DNA of 64,000 nt, from positions 62,001-126,000 of the forward strand of contig JBDOQK010000062.1 in the NCBI GenBank assembly GCA_040437565.1, read 5' to 3'. Each line of letters starts with the position of its first letter. Positions within the stretch are counted from its first letter, which is position 1. The position numbers and the translations under genes are program-made. The notes under the pieces are model-generated. The model was given only the letters and a program-made list of their open reading frames with translations, had not been told where the DNA came from and did no database searches. Source of the DNA: Albugo candida (lineage: Eukaryota). This document shows, in pieces, positions 25,401 through 37,237 of this stretch.

Positions 25401-27664
25401 GACATCGATTCAAGATCAAATTCTAAAGATACTGGAAAAGCAATGGCAGCGTTTGTTCTTTCATTGGCATCGAGATGTTCGCTACTGCTTCTTTCACATT
25501 CTACTGTACTTGGTCTACCCTGGAAATCGCATCGTACTGAGTGCACAATCGGATGAGATCATATTGGGAAGCGAGAAAGCGAGTCGCACTTTCGATTGCC
25601 CAGGTATTATTCGAACAGACGATGAATCTTCACAGCGCTGGGAGCAATATTTTGAAGGACGAATCTATCAATCGATAGTGTATCACCAAATGCTCACTCG
25701 AGAATCTCGACAACCAGACACAAAACCGAGTCGGAAGGCTGGAAGTGATCTCGACAAATCTGCAGCTTCAGCGAAATTGGGCCGACGAATGTACGACTCT
25801 AGGAAATCAAATTATCGATCGGCAATGAACGCTATATCGAAAGAAACTTGCCGAAAAGAAGCAATTGCAGTGAAGAAGCCCGTCAAACCGCCAACGCTGG
25901 AGATTCCCAATTGGCTTGCCGAAGTATCCAAAGTCTATCTCATACGTTCAGTCGAAGAATACCAAGTGATCGTAACGACTTATTATTCGTACGCAACGCA
26001 TCACTCGTACGATCAAGCGCTCCCGGTGCCCGAATTTGACACGAAATCATGAGCCCAATACGATCGGTAGTTCGAATTCCAACACTATTACCTTTTTGGC
26101 AGGTACATCTTTAAAATACATAAATCTTTTGCAGTCTTATTAGCGTTATACAATCTCGGAATCAGCAAGACCCGCAACTCACACATGGTCTCGATCTCAA
26201 ACACGGATGCACATTCACAATGCAATTGGAAAGTTTCCCATCACTTCCATCGCCTTTCGACGTTTGAGTATCATCGATCGAATCAAACTCATCGACCAGA
26301 TCGTAATCCATCAGCTCTTCCGCCGTGCAAATTGCATCGTACTCGCTGATGCTCTCATCTTCTGTCACGTATTCGAAATCAACACCACAGTCAATATCAA
26401 ACAATCGATAAATCTCCATCGCTTGAGCTTTACGTTTCTGCAAATGTTTCTTGCGTAGACGGGTTTCGATCGTAGCGGCGTAATACTCACGAAGCGCTTG
26501 GACTCCATCAAGTGAAATTCCACCGAGAAAAGCTTTATTCATTGCCAAACGGATGAGGATATCACATGTGCATTCGTCTCCATACACCAAACGAGATTGA
26601 TGCGGCTTCAACAATGCTCCAAGGGACTCATGCGTGTACTTGAGAGCAGCATACACTTCCATGGCATCTTCACAGAGAATAAGGTCGTGTTCGCTCAGCT
26701 TCAGCAATGTCAACGCCACTCGCAACACCACATGACCGCCTTCATAGAAAAAGACATCCCAAATTCGCATTACCATTTCAAGTGGAAGTGTGTTGATGAA
26801 AAGGCAAAGAAACCATTTCATCGCAAACGGACCGAATTCGACGCCAAGTCGTTGAAAGTGGGCATACAAATTCGGAAGCATCTGTTCGACAAGATCCGAC
26901 AGAACGAGTTGCTCGACCCGCGAACCTCGCATATTGCGCTCATGGAACTGAGGAATCAAATCTTCAACGATCACAGCCAAAACCCAAAACGATTCCTCTT
27001 CACCCAATTGCTGTAACAACATCGCACCGATAAAATTCATGCTTTGGCAGTACCCAACACACGGATTCCGAAGACTGTATGCTTGGAGGATGCGACGCAA
27101 TTCCGCCATCGGATGGCTCGCATTATCAGTACCCAATTCTGCCGCAAATGTTCGAGGAAGATCTTTCTCAATTTCCATCACAACGCGAGGACTAAGCCAC
27201 GATAACGATCGTTCGACTAAGTCTCCATATGAATCAGCCGCCGAAGCCTTTTTCTGCTGGGCCAGAGTACATTTCCACCAAATCGCACCCCGCATGGAGA
27301 TTGGTATTCCAGCGCGTAGCATGAGTCTCCGCTGTCGACACCAATTGGAGTCATTCGTAACAAGCAGAAATGTCGTCAGCATCGACTTCCAAGAGGGTAT
27401 TTGCGTCCGTACGTGTTTCTCATCCTCACTTTCGACCAAAGATTCCGTCTGCTTTCTCTGACAATCGATGCAATAGGATTCCTGCGGGAAAGACGAGCGA
27501 TTTGATGTCCAATAAGGAATGAGAGGTTTCATATAAAGTTTTGTAGACTGTTGCCATTTGTCTATCCATTGCATCTCTTTCTGCTGCTCATTTTCTCAGA
27601 AAATCGAGCGATTCCTTTAGAATTTGCGATGGTATAGCACTGTGATTTCCTCTGATTCCATTAC
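25401..27664. repeat. Near-identical copy of 23035-25300 across a 100-N gap (probable assembly overlap)
   Basis: By eye the sequence is identical apart from two 1-nt indels near 27587-27599. Confidence 0.9.
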
Positions 27665-27893
27665 TATGCGAAAGAGTCAAATGACATCGCTGCATGTGAG
27701 CATTTTCGCAGTGACACGAGCGATTTAATTGGAATATGCTGTCCGCATTCCATCCGCTTCGAAATCGCTGCAGTGGACGAAAGCATGCCAATTGATGGCC
27801 ATGACGTACCGAGATAGTCATTCCATCGGATATTTTATCGTCTTCTTCGCTGTGTGCGGTCTCGACGCAGCACAAAGTTGATTCTTTTATCAT
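26162..27893 (-). CDS. Rab-GAP TBC domain protein, full-length locus (~577 aa), frameshifted in this copy
   Basis: ORFs 27588-27893 and 26162-27574 fuse into one frame if the sequence of the other copy (DFHEKMMQQKEMQW) is used. Confidence 0.8.
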
Positions 27894-28071
27894 ATTCTTT
27901 CGACGTTTAGAAAATGTGTCGACTTCTTCAAGATTGCGAGTATATATATAGCATAATTATGTATTCATGCAGGTTATGCGATATACCGACTCCCTCTCCC
28001 ACATCGTTTCCACGCACATCCATCAAAGTATCACTTTGAAGCGTTTGTTTCATAGCTGTACAGCTACACTC

Positions 28072-29116
28072 TCATCTACAAATTTGGCTATTCACAAGCA
28101 CACGTGATTTCCGCGTATTTGCTCTTGAAATTACAGTCTCCGCGACGCTCATAGAGCTCGTAACAGAGACAATATCACAGCCTCCTTTTCCTCGTCGTTT
28201 AGTCGTACTTTTGACACTTTTTGCGCCTGAAACAGACAACGCCGGTGACACTTTCAACACCTCACGTGTGATCAGCTTTTTCTGTGGGTCAATGGCTCGC
28301 TTTGGGAATGGAATGCCTTCAATATGTTCTGGATGAAAGTCGGCGTACTCCAAGATCCCGCCAGTGAGAACGTACAGATTATCAAATCCTCGCTGTACGA
28401 GCACATGCGCTGTTTGTGCGACGTTCGTATCGTCCAAATCGTAGAGAATAATCAGATAATTTTCTTGATTTTTCTGATAATGAAAAGGTACTCAGAAACT
28501 CAATTTCAATGGAAATTGTGTACTCACAAACTTTTGCATTTGAGGGAGGATGTAATCTCGACACACAAAAGACGACGGAAAACTCTGAGCGCGCTGTAAT
28601 CTGTTAGTCGTGAATTCCTCTTTCGATCGAGTGTCCAGGATCAAATACGGCGCGTCATACTCCTCGACTTCGTCGGCTTCATAACTGATCACTCGGGGTC
28701 CTCCCGAATTATTATTCACAGGAACTCGGTCCAAGCAGTATTTTCCATCTCTTTCGACCATTTTTGCCAGCATCTCGGGTCCAGGAGCACATTTACCATT
28801 GGTGTCCTCATACTCTCCGAATAATTCCGCGAGACATTTGCATGTAATCCGACGAAAAGTCTCATCTCGGCGCTTAAGGAATTCCCTCTGAGCTTTAAAA
28901 ACATTCAGATGACAACAAATGGAATGAAAACGCTTACATATCTGTCGAACTTTATTCACTGTCGTTCCACTGTCAATTTTACTCTTTGTGTCTTTATACT
29001 TTGCATTTTGTGGAATTCGTCGCTCCATCATCTGCTCAGATAAAGTGAGTTTGTGCGGGAAAATCGCTTGTTGACGCTCGTACACTAAGAGAAGGCTTTG
29101 TTTTCGCACGATACAT
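28072..29116 (-). CDS. CEP41: Centrosomal protein 41-like (rhodanese domain), multi-exon
   Basis: Segments RRIPQNAKYKDTKSKIDSG, YLILDTRSKEEF and QRGFDNLYVLTGGI. Confidence 0.75.
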
Positions 29117-29300
29117 GGCTTTCTGTCGCGTTACGAGCTCAAGGGCCCCGTTGTCGCGCGCTAATATAAGCTGATACTATAATTATCCGCAGGAGAACTG
29201 AAGCTTAAATGCCGAGAAAAAAGAATTGGGGAATTCGACGCTGTTATTAGTTACAATGGCTAAGGAATGAGATCGATAGAGCAGGTGACTGTTAATTCCG

Positions 29301-29546
29301 CTACTTCTTATTGCGCATATCTCTGGCGATTTCTTCTTTCAATGCTGATGTAAATTCCTTCACTCGTGGAGCTGTTCGTTTCCATGTTTCTACGAGATTT
29401 TCTGCGCCTTCCGAAGCGATGTTCTTGACATCATTCACACGGTAATGAGTCTTCAATGCGAATTGCTGGAACGCGCGGTTGTTTGCAAGCGCTTTGACTG
29501 CGACATCATTGATAAAATACGACACAAATCGCTGTAAAAATGACAT
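29301..29546 (-). CDS. Small 81-aa protein, possibly mitochondrial, resembling the NCBP2-AS2 / plant small-protein type
   Basis: MSFLQRFVSYFINDVAVKALANNRAFQQFALKT: amphipathic N-terminus. Similarity is recalled, not searched. Confidence 0.6.
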   Translation of the reverse strand: MSFLQRFVSYFINDVAVKALANNRAFQQFALKTHYRVNDVKNIASEGAENLVETWKRTAPRVKEFTSALKEEIARDMRNKK

Positions 29547-29637
29547 TTCAATGAATGGATTTCCAAAGTATACTAATTTAAAGTGGTACACATATAATAA
29601 AACGAACGCAATTCGACCACACAGAAAAAGGATAAAA

Positions 29638-30387
29638 ATGCTGAAAAGGCTGAGCTTTTCCGTGATCTCACAGCGAGCAAAGAGCGTGCAAAGTATGTCG
29701 AATCGATCCAATACCTTCCTTACCATCCATTGTTAACATCCACTCACTTTTTCGAATCTCATTCAAATCGTATGCGTAGCAAAAAATGGAATTTGCAGAT
29801 TTTTAAGCACGAAAAGCGAGCTTGTGGACGATATGAGCACTCCGGATCACTATTTCGAAACAGATCGAATCTCTAGCGGAGATCCCACACGACGAGCGTT
29901 CACGTACTTTGTGTTGGGAGGCGCACGGATTATGTATGCGACCGCAGCGCGTTTGGCTGTCATCAAATTTGTGGGAAGTATGAGCGCTTCCGCAGATGTG
30001 TTGGCACTCGCAACAGCGGAATTCGACTTATCATCGATTGATGAGGGAGCTACAGTGACTGTGAAATGGCGTGGAAAGCCTATTTTCATCAAGCATCGAA
30101 CAGATCAAGAAATCGAAGCTGCTAATGAAGTGTCTGTGTCAAGCCTACGCGATCCCGAGACTGATGATGTTCGAGTCAAAGATCCCAAATGGCTCGTGGT
30201 GCTTGGAGTGTGCACGCATTTGGGATGTGTACCAATCTCCAATGCCGGAGAATACAAAGGATGGTTCTGTCCTTGTCATGGTTCGCATTATGACGTATCC
30301 GGGCGCATTCGAAAGGGTCCAGCACCACTCAATTTGGAAATTCCTCCGTATCAGTTTCTCGAAGATAACAAGATTCTTCTCGGCTAA
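29638..30387 (+). CDS. RIP1: Cytochrome bc1 Rieske iron-sulfur subunit
   Basis: CTHLGC and CPCHGS ligand motifs and KWRGKP. Transit-peptide exon MLKRLSFSV joined by a phase-1 intron at about 29693-29779. Confidence 0.95.
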
Positions 30388-30569
30388 AAGTAATCACTCT
30401 GCCGATTTGAATCGCTGTGCAAATGAGATGGGATCGTTAGGGTGTAGCGGATTCAATTCTGAGAGTCGACATATATTTTCATTTGGTCATTTTTTATCGT
30501 TTTTGAGCGCTTTTCGCTTGCATGTATACGATCATGTTCGACTGATCGATATCTCTGAAGAAAATGAGC

Positions 30570-30955
30570 TCATTTATTCGCATTTGCCTCTCGCCTCGCC
30601 GCGTCCTGCAGCAAGTCGATGTCTACTTCCTGCGCTGGAATTTGGACGTATCGGATAACGCTTCCCCTTATAAAGCAGTTTTTCATATTCATCTGCAGCG
30701 AGTGTGTGAGTACGAGAGGTGCGATTGGATGGAAAAAAGTACCAATTGCGGATATTTGTCACTTTCCACAATTGAGACACCCATTAGCTTTATATTGAGA
30801 TATTGATCGACAGAATGGAGGGTTCCCATAAGTGCGACGTCATTTTTGAGCTCTACAGCGACTTCTTTGCCTACTAATGTCTTGAAAAACGAGTAGAAGA
30901 GCTAGAAAAACGTGAGAAATAGATAGCGCGCATGTACGATACAAAAACGAACCAT
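30570..30955 (-). CDS. LSM2: U6 snRNA-associated Sm-like protein LSm2 (3 exons, absent from the ORF track)
   Basis: Exons 30955-30953, 30901-30743 and 30692-30570 translate to MLFYSFFKTLVGKEVAVELKNDVALMGTLHSVDQYLNIKL...KNCFIRGSVIRYVQIP...LLQDAARREA. Confidence 0.93.
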
Positions 30956-31291
30956 TTTCAAAGGAACAAGTCGATTGTTATATAACGGTAGGAGCTGTTA
31001 TACAGCGAGCACATAACGTTACGTAGTAAGTTGACATGCGCTTGGAGATAGCAATGTATACGCAGAGACAGGAGGTTGACAGGTTACTTATTGTAGTACA
31101 AAAGTGGTAGGTAGAGCATATAGAAGCCGATGGCCAATTACGAGTAGAAATGCTGCTAGGAATCATATACTTGATGTAATACAACTCTCATTATTCCACA
31201 CCAATACTTGACAATGTTGCGCGAATGTATCTCTCCCGCAATACTCGAAACGTTTTCGCGCCAATTTTACATGCGGATACGAAGCTTTCCT

Positions 31292-33400
31292 ATGGAAGAA
31301 TACGACCGAGGGAATCCGCTATTCGATCAGCGATTGAACATCCTGATTCAATCCGTAGACAGAGAAGAGAAAACGCTACCCATAACAGTCCGACTCGTAT
31401 TAGGAACACGCGTACGTGCATCTAAACATTGCAATCCTCAAATCCCAAACTCTTCTCTGTAGCCTCACGCAATCACAAACCAAAAAGAAAAGATTTTTCG
31501 CGTCGAGCTGACCGACGACGACGGTATCGATCCATTTTTCCTCTATCTATGGAGCATCTCCGAAGAACAATTCCACGACGTGAAGCAGCAGCAGCGATTA
31601 TTAGTCGATTTTGAAAACTTTCCAATTCATTTAATCAGTCTCCTCGAATGCTGTCTCAAGAACGACTCCACGTGCAATGAAGGTTCTAAACAGGAAGTAA
31701 AAGACGCTGAATCCGATGATATTGACTCTTCTCCAATTCTATCAAACATGGAGACCTCCAATTGCCACAGAAGAAAGAGATCTCATGGACCTGAGCCACT
31801 GAGTTACCTTGCAGTTCTCAATATCTCCGAAGACGCTACCAGCATGTTCAGCATCGTGGAGACCAATATCTTTAAGCATTTAACGCATCTATCCCTCCCT
31901 TTCCAAGCTGGAAACGATGACGCGGTCAAACGTTATTTAGCAGCTCGATTATGTCAACGGAATTCCGAGAAGAAACGAATGAATAAAAGTCTCACAGAAA
32001 CGTTGGAGCAATTAAAGCACTTTAAAGAGACAACCAAACAGCTGGAGAAGACGCTCGAGGATCTGGAACGCAAGCATTCGATTCACATATCAGAGGAAAC
32101 GATACGATTCACGGAACAACTCCATTCTCAGGTCGGTGGGATACAATCGTTTTCTCAATATTCTCATTCGAATTTCAGCGAGAAAAAGCCGCAAAAAATC
32201 TCACCGAACGTGAGAACGAGCACACAAAGAAGCTGGAATCGCTGATGGTCAAGTACGAAGATGAGGTCTGTCGACACAAAGCAAGCAGTTTGCGTCTGAT
32301 GAGCTGTGTAGGTCTCCAAGCTTCAATGTCGAGTCAAAGCGCAAGAAGATGAGATCCAAATGCTTACAAAGAAAACGTACCAGCAATCTGTCAAAATTGA
32401 GCAATTGTCGACGCTTTGTGAAGAGAATCAGCGGGAGAGAGACATATTGGACAAGGCACTGGTCGATTTACGTACGATGAATAAAGAGCTCGATCATCGT
32501 GTCTTCACGCAAGAAAAGACCATCACGCAGCTGGAAGTACGTCATGAAGCTTTAAATCAGCAGCTTTGTGATAAAGAGCAAGTGCTTACGAAGACGAGCC
32601 AATTGCTTGACGGAGCTCACGACCACAAGGTGCGATGTCCATTGTCTGTTTTGATCGCTTCCAATCTCAGCATTCCACACAGCAACAAGTCGATGAAAGC
32701 TTACGAATGTATCGCGATAATCACGCGATTTTGCATCAGAAATTGGAACTCAGTGTCGCTGAAATCAATAAGGGGAATGAGATCATCGAACAGATGCAAA
32801 AAGAGATCCAAAATCTTCGCCTGAAACTCAAAAATCGAATCAAAATCATCAAACAACAAGAGCAGGTACGAGTCACAACTCGCGCATCTCTCTCGTTATC
32901 GTTCGTCTGTAGCTGCTCCAAGAAACTCGACGGAATCAAAGCGATGACAAACATCAATTGGAAGGCCTCCGCGTGGAAATCCAAAAACGGAATGAACAGA
33001 TTCTTCAGCTCAAAGTCGGTGATAATTGGGAATTTGTATGGCATTTGGCTCATTTTTCGCTGTAAAAGGACAAAAATATCGATTTGATTCGTAAATTGGA
33101 AGACAGCAATAAAGTTCTCTCATCGAATCAAAAAGGTCGGTGGATTTTTTCGTATGGACGGAATTTGATGGGAATTCGATGCAGTGATCCAATGGCTCAA
33201 TAAGGAGATCACAGAGACGCAAATGGCCGCACATAAGAGTGAGAATGTGTCTGTGTTTGCATATCATCCAACCGCATCGGTACGAATTCTCACGCAAATC
33301 GAATGAGACAACTGACATTTTTTGTACAGCGAGCGATGGAAAAAGAGCTCTCTTTCAATCGTTCGCCGCTCGCCAATGCCAATGCCAATTGCCCGTCGTA
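31292..33400 (+). CDS. SAS6: Spindle assembly abnormal protein 6 (centriole cartwheel), multi-exon
   Basis: Head-domain segments LTDDDGIDPFFLYLWSISEEQFHDVKQQQRLLVDFENFP and VETNIFKHLTHLSLPF, followed by a long coiled coil. The 3' exons are approximate. Confidence 0.85.
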
Positions 33401-33554
33401 ATGTATCGAATCTGACAATGAGACGACAAAAAGTAGCACTGTACCCCCACATGAGAAATTGGAAGCATTTTTTGTGGCTGGAAAAAGTGGACTGAGAAAT
33501 TCGATTTGCACGTGTGCGGTCATAATTAAATTCTCTCTGAAAGCAGCGGATCAA

Positions 33555-34631
33555 ATGGTTGTAGGAAATGCGATTTTCGCGCTATTTTGGTGCATATGTG
33601 TCTCAGCAAAACACGAGGAATTGTGTGCACTTGTGCCCGAATCGTATGAAAAGGCCAAACCGATGTTTCCCGACGCACGATTCGCCTTTGATACCATGGA
33701 GACGTACACAATTGCTACGTGGTACACGGATCGTGATCCCAATAGCGATCAAGTGCTGGAAAAGCTTTTGAACAAGTGTTCATTGAGCTCGCGTATCGTT
33801 CTTGTGGTCTACGGAATACCTGGAAAAGACTGCGAGGGTCAATATTCATCGAATAGTGCTTCTGTGAAAGACGCCAAATCGTATCGCGCGTGGCTGCAGC
33901 ATTTGGTGGAACGCATGGGCGAACGTAAAGTCCTTTATATCGTCGAGCCCGATGCCGTCTCACTGTCAATGGACAACAAATGCGGAGTGATGAACCATTA
34001 CGCATCTTATCTGAACACAGCGATCGAATTGCTCAGCCGCAACGAACATGCGAATGTGTACTTGGACGTTGGCTTCTGGTCGGTGTCGTCGATAGAGAAA
34101 GCAAATCAACTCGCACAGTTCATAAGAGATATCTGTGGCGATCATAAGATATCGGGGATCGTATTGAACACATCAAATTATCGTCCAGTTGCTGAAATCG
34201 TGAATGATTGCAAGAATTTCCAAAAGGCCATGCATTCCGATACGTATCGTTGTGTGGTAGACACTTCTCGCGATATGGCGGGAGCTTCCCCCAAATCGGA
34301 ATGGTGTAATTATAAGGACGCAGGGATCGGCAGCCCACCGACGGTGGAATCTCCGGACTCGTGTGTGAGCTATCTTTTGTACGTCAAAGTTCCCGGACAT
34401 AGCGATGGCTTTTGCAACGATCCGAAACGAACCTCTGACGCCGCACGGGGTCCCACTGCCGGGGAATTCAGTATGGAGCTGTTTAAGAATCTATGGAATA
34501 ATGGCTACTTTGTGAAGATGAAAGGAGCAAAGCCTATTTTGGCGAGAAACGACATACGAAAGCCTGCGGCAAAGGCGCATCCCAAAGTGAAAGAGAAAGC
34601 GCTTCGAGCGGATGCGCGCGCGTATTGTTAG
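33555..34631 (+). CDS. Secreted glycoside hydrolase family 6 (cellulase)
   Basis: Signal peptide and motifs YGIPGKDC, IVEPDA, YLDVG, NTSNY, DTSR, WCN and KVPGHSDG. Confidence 0.88.
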   Translation: MVVGNAIFALFWCICVSAKHEELCALVPESYEKAKPMFPDARFAFDTMETYTIATWYTDRDPNSDQVLEKLLNKCSLSSRIVLVVYGIPGKDCEGQYSSNSASVKDAKSYRAWLQHLVERMGERKVLYIVEPDAVSLSMDNKCGVMNHYASYLNTAIELLSRNEHANVYLDVGFWSVSSIEKANQLAQFIRDICGDHKISGIVLNTSNYRPVAEIVNDCKNFQKAMHSDTYRCVVDTSRDMAGASPKSEWCNYKDAGIGSPPTVESPDSCVSYLLYVKVPGHSDGFCNDPKRTSDAARGPTAGEFSMELFKNLWNNGYFVKMKGAKPILARNDIRKPAAKAHPKVKEKALRADARAYC

Positions 34632-34883
34632 TGAAAGGAGAAATTAATGCAGAGAATACACCCTTTTTGCTTTGCATACAACCACACGATTCCGCGGAAT
34701 GATTGTTTCCGTAAAGATGAAATGTTTCCTTTGTTAAGTGCGCTGTANNNNNNNNNNNNNNNNNNNNNNNNNNNNNNNNNNNNNNNNNNNNNNNNNNNNN
34801 NNNNNNNNNNNNNNNNNNNNNNNNNNNNNNNNNNNNNNNNNNNNNNNTCCTTTGTTAAGTGCGCTGTACCTTATACAATTTGT

Positions 34884-36140
34884 ATGGAAATTTGCGCATT
34901 GAAAGTGCGTTTAGAGAAAGCGTTGGAAAAGCGGAGAGAGATAGGAACGTATCGCGAATTGAATTACGATGCGTCTGGTTCCTATTCGGACTTTAGCAGC
35001 AACGATTACCTTGGATTTGCGCGAAATGAGAATTTGAGAGCTTTTCTCGATGCAAAACGCAGTGATTTTGGAAATAGCGCAACATTGGGATCGACGGGGT
35101 CTCGATTGCTCAGTGGAAACTCCAGTCTCTGCATGCGCGTTGAGCGCAATCTCGCGCGATTTTATAGAGCGGAAGCTGCGCTTTTATTCAATTCGGGATA
35201 CACTGCGAATTTGGGTCTTCTTTCATGTCTTCCTTCGATGACCGATTGGGTTCTGTATGACGAATATATTCACATTTCGTCGTATGAAGGAATCCGTCTC
35301 AGTCGACCGTTCCAACAGCATCGTATTAAGTCATTTCGGCACAACGATACGACTCATTTGGAAGAATTACTGGTGGAATTACAAGGACATCCGATTTCAA
35401 ATTTTGCTATTTTTATTGTCGTCGAATCGATCTACTCGATGGATGGGGATGAAGCTCCGGTCAAAGAGCTTGTCCGACTGTGTAGAAATTATAGGAACAC
35501 ATATTTGCTCATCGATGAAGCACATGGAGTCGGTGTGTATGGAGACACAGGCGCTGGGCTTTTGGAAGCCAAAAGTTTGTTAAACTCGACAGAAAGTTCG
35601 TTGATGAGAAGTTTGAACGATATTTTATGCTGCCGGGTGTATGCTTTTGGGAAAGCGATGGGAATCCATGGAGCTGTTGTTTGTGGATCACAAACGGTAA
35701 TCCGTTATTTGGTCAATTACGCGAGACCATTCATTTACACGACATCTCTTCCTCCGGAGCATTTGATCACCATTCAATACGTTCACGAATTCTGCAAACA
35801 AAGCAGTGATTTACGCGATCGATTGCGCGATCTTGTTCGATACTTTCGACAACAGGTGCTTGCAGTCCGAGAAATTCCATCGACCGCTTTGATGCACAGT
35901 CTGTCTCCGATTCAGGGACTCCTTATTGCTGGAAATGAAGCTGTGTTGTGGGCAGTAAAACAGATAAAATCACGAGGATTCATGGTGTATGCAATTCGTG
36001 CGCCTACGGTGCGTAAAGGAGAAGAACGAATTCGTATCAATATCCATTCTCACAATACAAAAGACGAGATTGATCGATTGGTAAAGGCGACGGCATTTGT
36101 ATTTGCCGCTCTTACAAAAGAGCCGAAACCAAAACTTTAA
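34884..36140 (+). CDS. bioF: 8-amino-7-oxononanoate synthase (class II PLP enzyme)
   Basis: Motifs DFSSNDYLG, GSTGSRLLSG, FNSGYTAN, ESIYSMDGD, DEAHG, FGKAMG and ARPFIYTT. Confidence 0.88.
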   Translation: MEICALKVRLEKALEKRREIGTYRELNYDASGSYSDFSSNDYLGFARNENLRAFLDAKRSDFGNSATLGSTGSRLLSGNSSLCMRVERNLARFYRAEAALLFNSGYTANLGLLSCLPSMTDWVLYDEYIHISSYEGIRLSRPFQQHRIKSFRHNDTTHLEELLVELQGHPISNFAIFIVVESIYSMDGDEAPVKELVRLCRNYRNTYLLIDEAHGVGVYGDTGAGLLEAKSLLNSTESSLMRSLNDILCCRVYAFGKAMGIHGAVVCGSQTVIRYLVNYARPFIYTTSLPPEHLITIQYVHEFCKQSSDLRDRLRDLVRYFRQQVLAVREIPSTALMHSLSPIQGLLIAGNEAVLWAVKQIKSRGFMVYAIRAPTVRKGEERIRINIHSHNTKDEIDRLVKATAFVFAALTKEPKPKL

Positions 36141-36170
36141 CGTTCCGCGAATTTCGTTTTTCACGCTTCA

Positions 36171-37135
36171 CTAGACAGCTTTTTCTATTCGAGCCGAGCC
36201 TACGCGTAATGAAAGAGCCGCGTCCTGATCTTTGCTTCCGCCTCCGTTTTTATCAACTGTGATCCGGGCCATTGCTCGTTGTAAGAGTCGAGAACACCCG
36301 ATGTTCCCGCTTTGTTCTGCCAGCTTTAATGGAGTACGAAGATCGACATCCGTACGGAATGGATCAGCATGATATTCCAGTAGTAGCTTCAAACATAGAG
36401 CGTGTCCACTAACAGCGGCCAAATGGAGCGGTGTAAGCTTTTGATCGTCGTGAACATTAGGATCCGCTCCGGCTATCAGAATCATTCTAAAGCAATTCTA
36501 TCAGCTCTGTAACCTCAAAAAGAACATTTAGTACCTTGTGCAATCATTATGTCCACCTCGACAAGCATAGTGAAGTGCTGTCAAATTCTCCGGACTTCTT
36601 CCATTGATATCGCGATTCGTGGAATTGACCCAGCGTCTTACGACCCGAGTGCTTCCCGATTCTGCAGCTAATCGTGCGAATTCCGGGAGGCTTTTCGCAT
36701 TGATTATATCGTTATCTGTCAGGAGATTAGAAATGACGTTTAGCGCACTCACAGCCGTACAAATAACAAAATGTCTTTGCCTTGTTTCATAGGCTTTCCC
36801 GAGGTAATTCGCTTCCGAATCAGACGACGAGCCATGTACTGGAGCCGCTCGCGCTGATACGACGTGGTTGTGACGACAATGACCAATAGTAGTAGCATGA
36901 GAACTCCAACGGCGACCGCTAGAGGGTGTATTTTGCCGCTATCATTGTCCAAAGCATCGGAATAAGTTGGAGGAATTGTGTCCGACATTTGCNNNNNNNN
37001 NNNNNNNNNNNNNNNNNNNNNNNNNNNNNNNNNNNNNNNNNNNNNNNNNNNNNNNNNNNNNNNNNNNNNNNNNNNNNNNNNNNNNNNNNNNNAAGCATCG
37101 GAATAAGTTGGAGGAATTGTGTCCGACATTTGCAT
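36171..37135 (-). CDS. Ankyrin-repeat protein with N-terminal TM helix, multi-exon (spans a gap overlap)
   Basis: Ankyrin motifs TALHYAC, TPLHLAA and TPLKLA; TM segment LAVAVGVLMLLLLVIVV. Confidence 0.75.
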
Positions 37136-37237
37136 TTGACCTGTATGAATGCATTTTCTCTCATGCTGAATACACGATAGCATAGCGAACTTAAGAAGTT
37201 CGCACTATGCTACCAGCCATTCGTCATACTGACGATC

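Noticed and set aside
23035-27664. Real tandem gene duplication
   Set aside because: The copies abut a 100-N gap and are essentially identical. The other gaps (34748, 36993, 39391, 41217, 49223, 55427, 55945, 59678) show the same overlap pattern.
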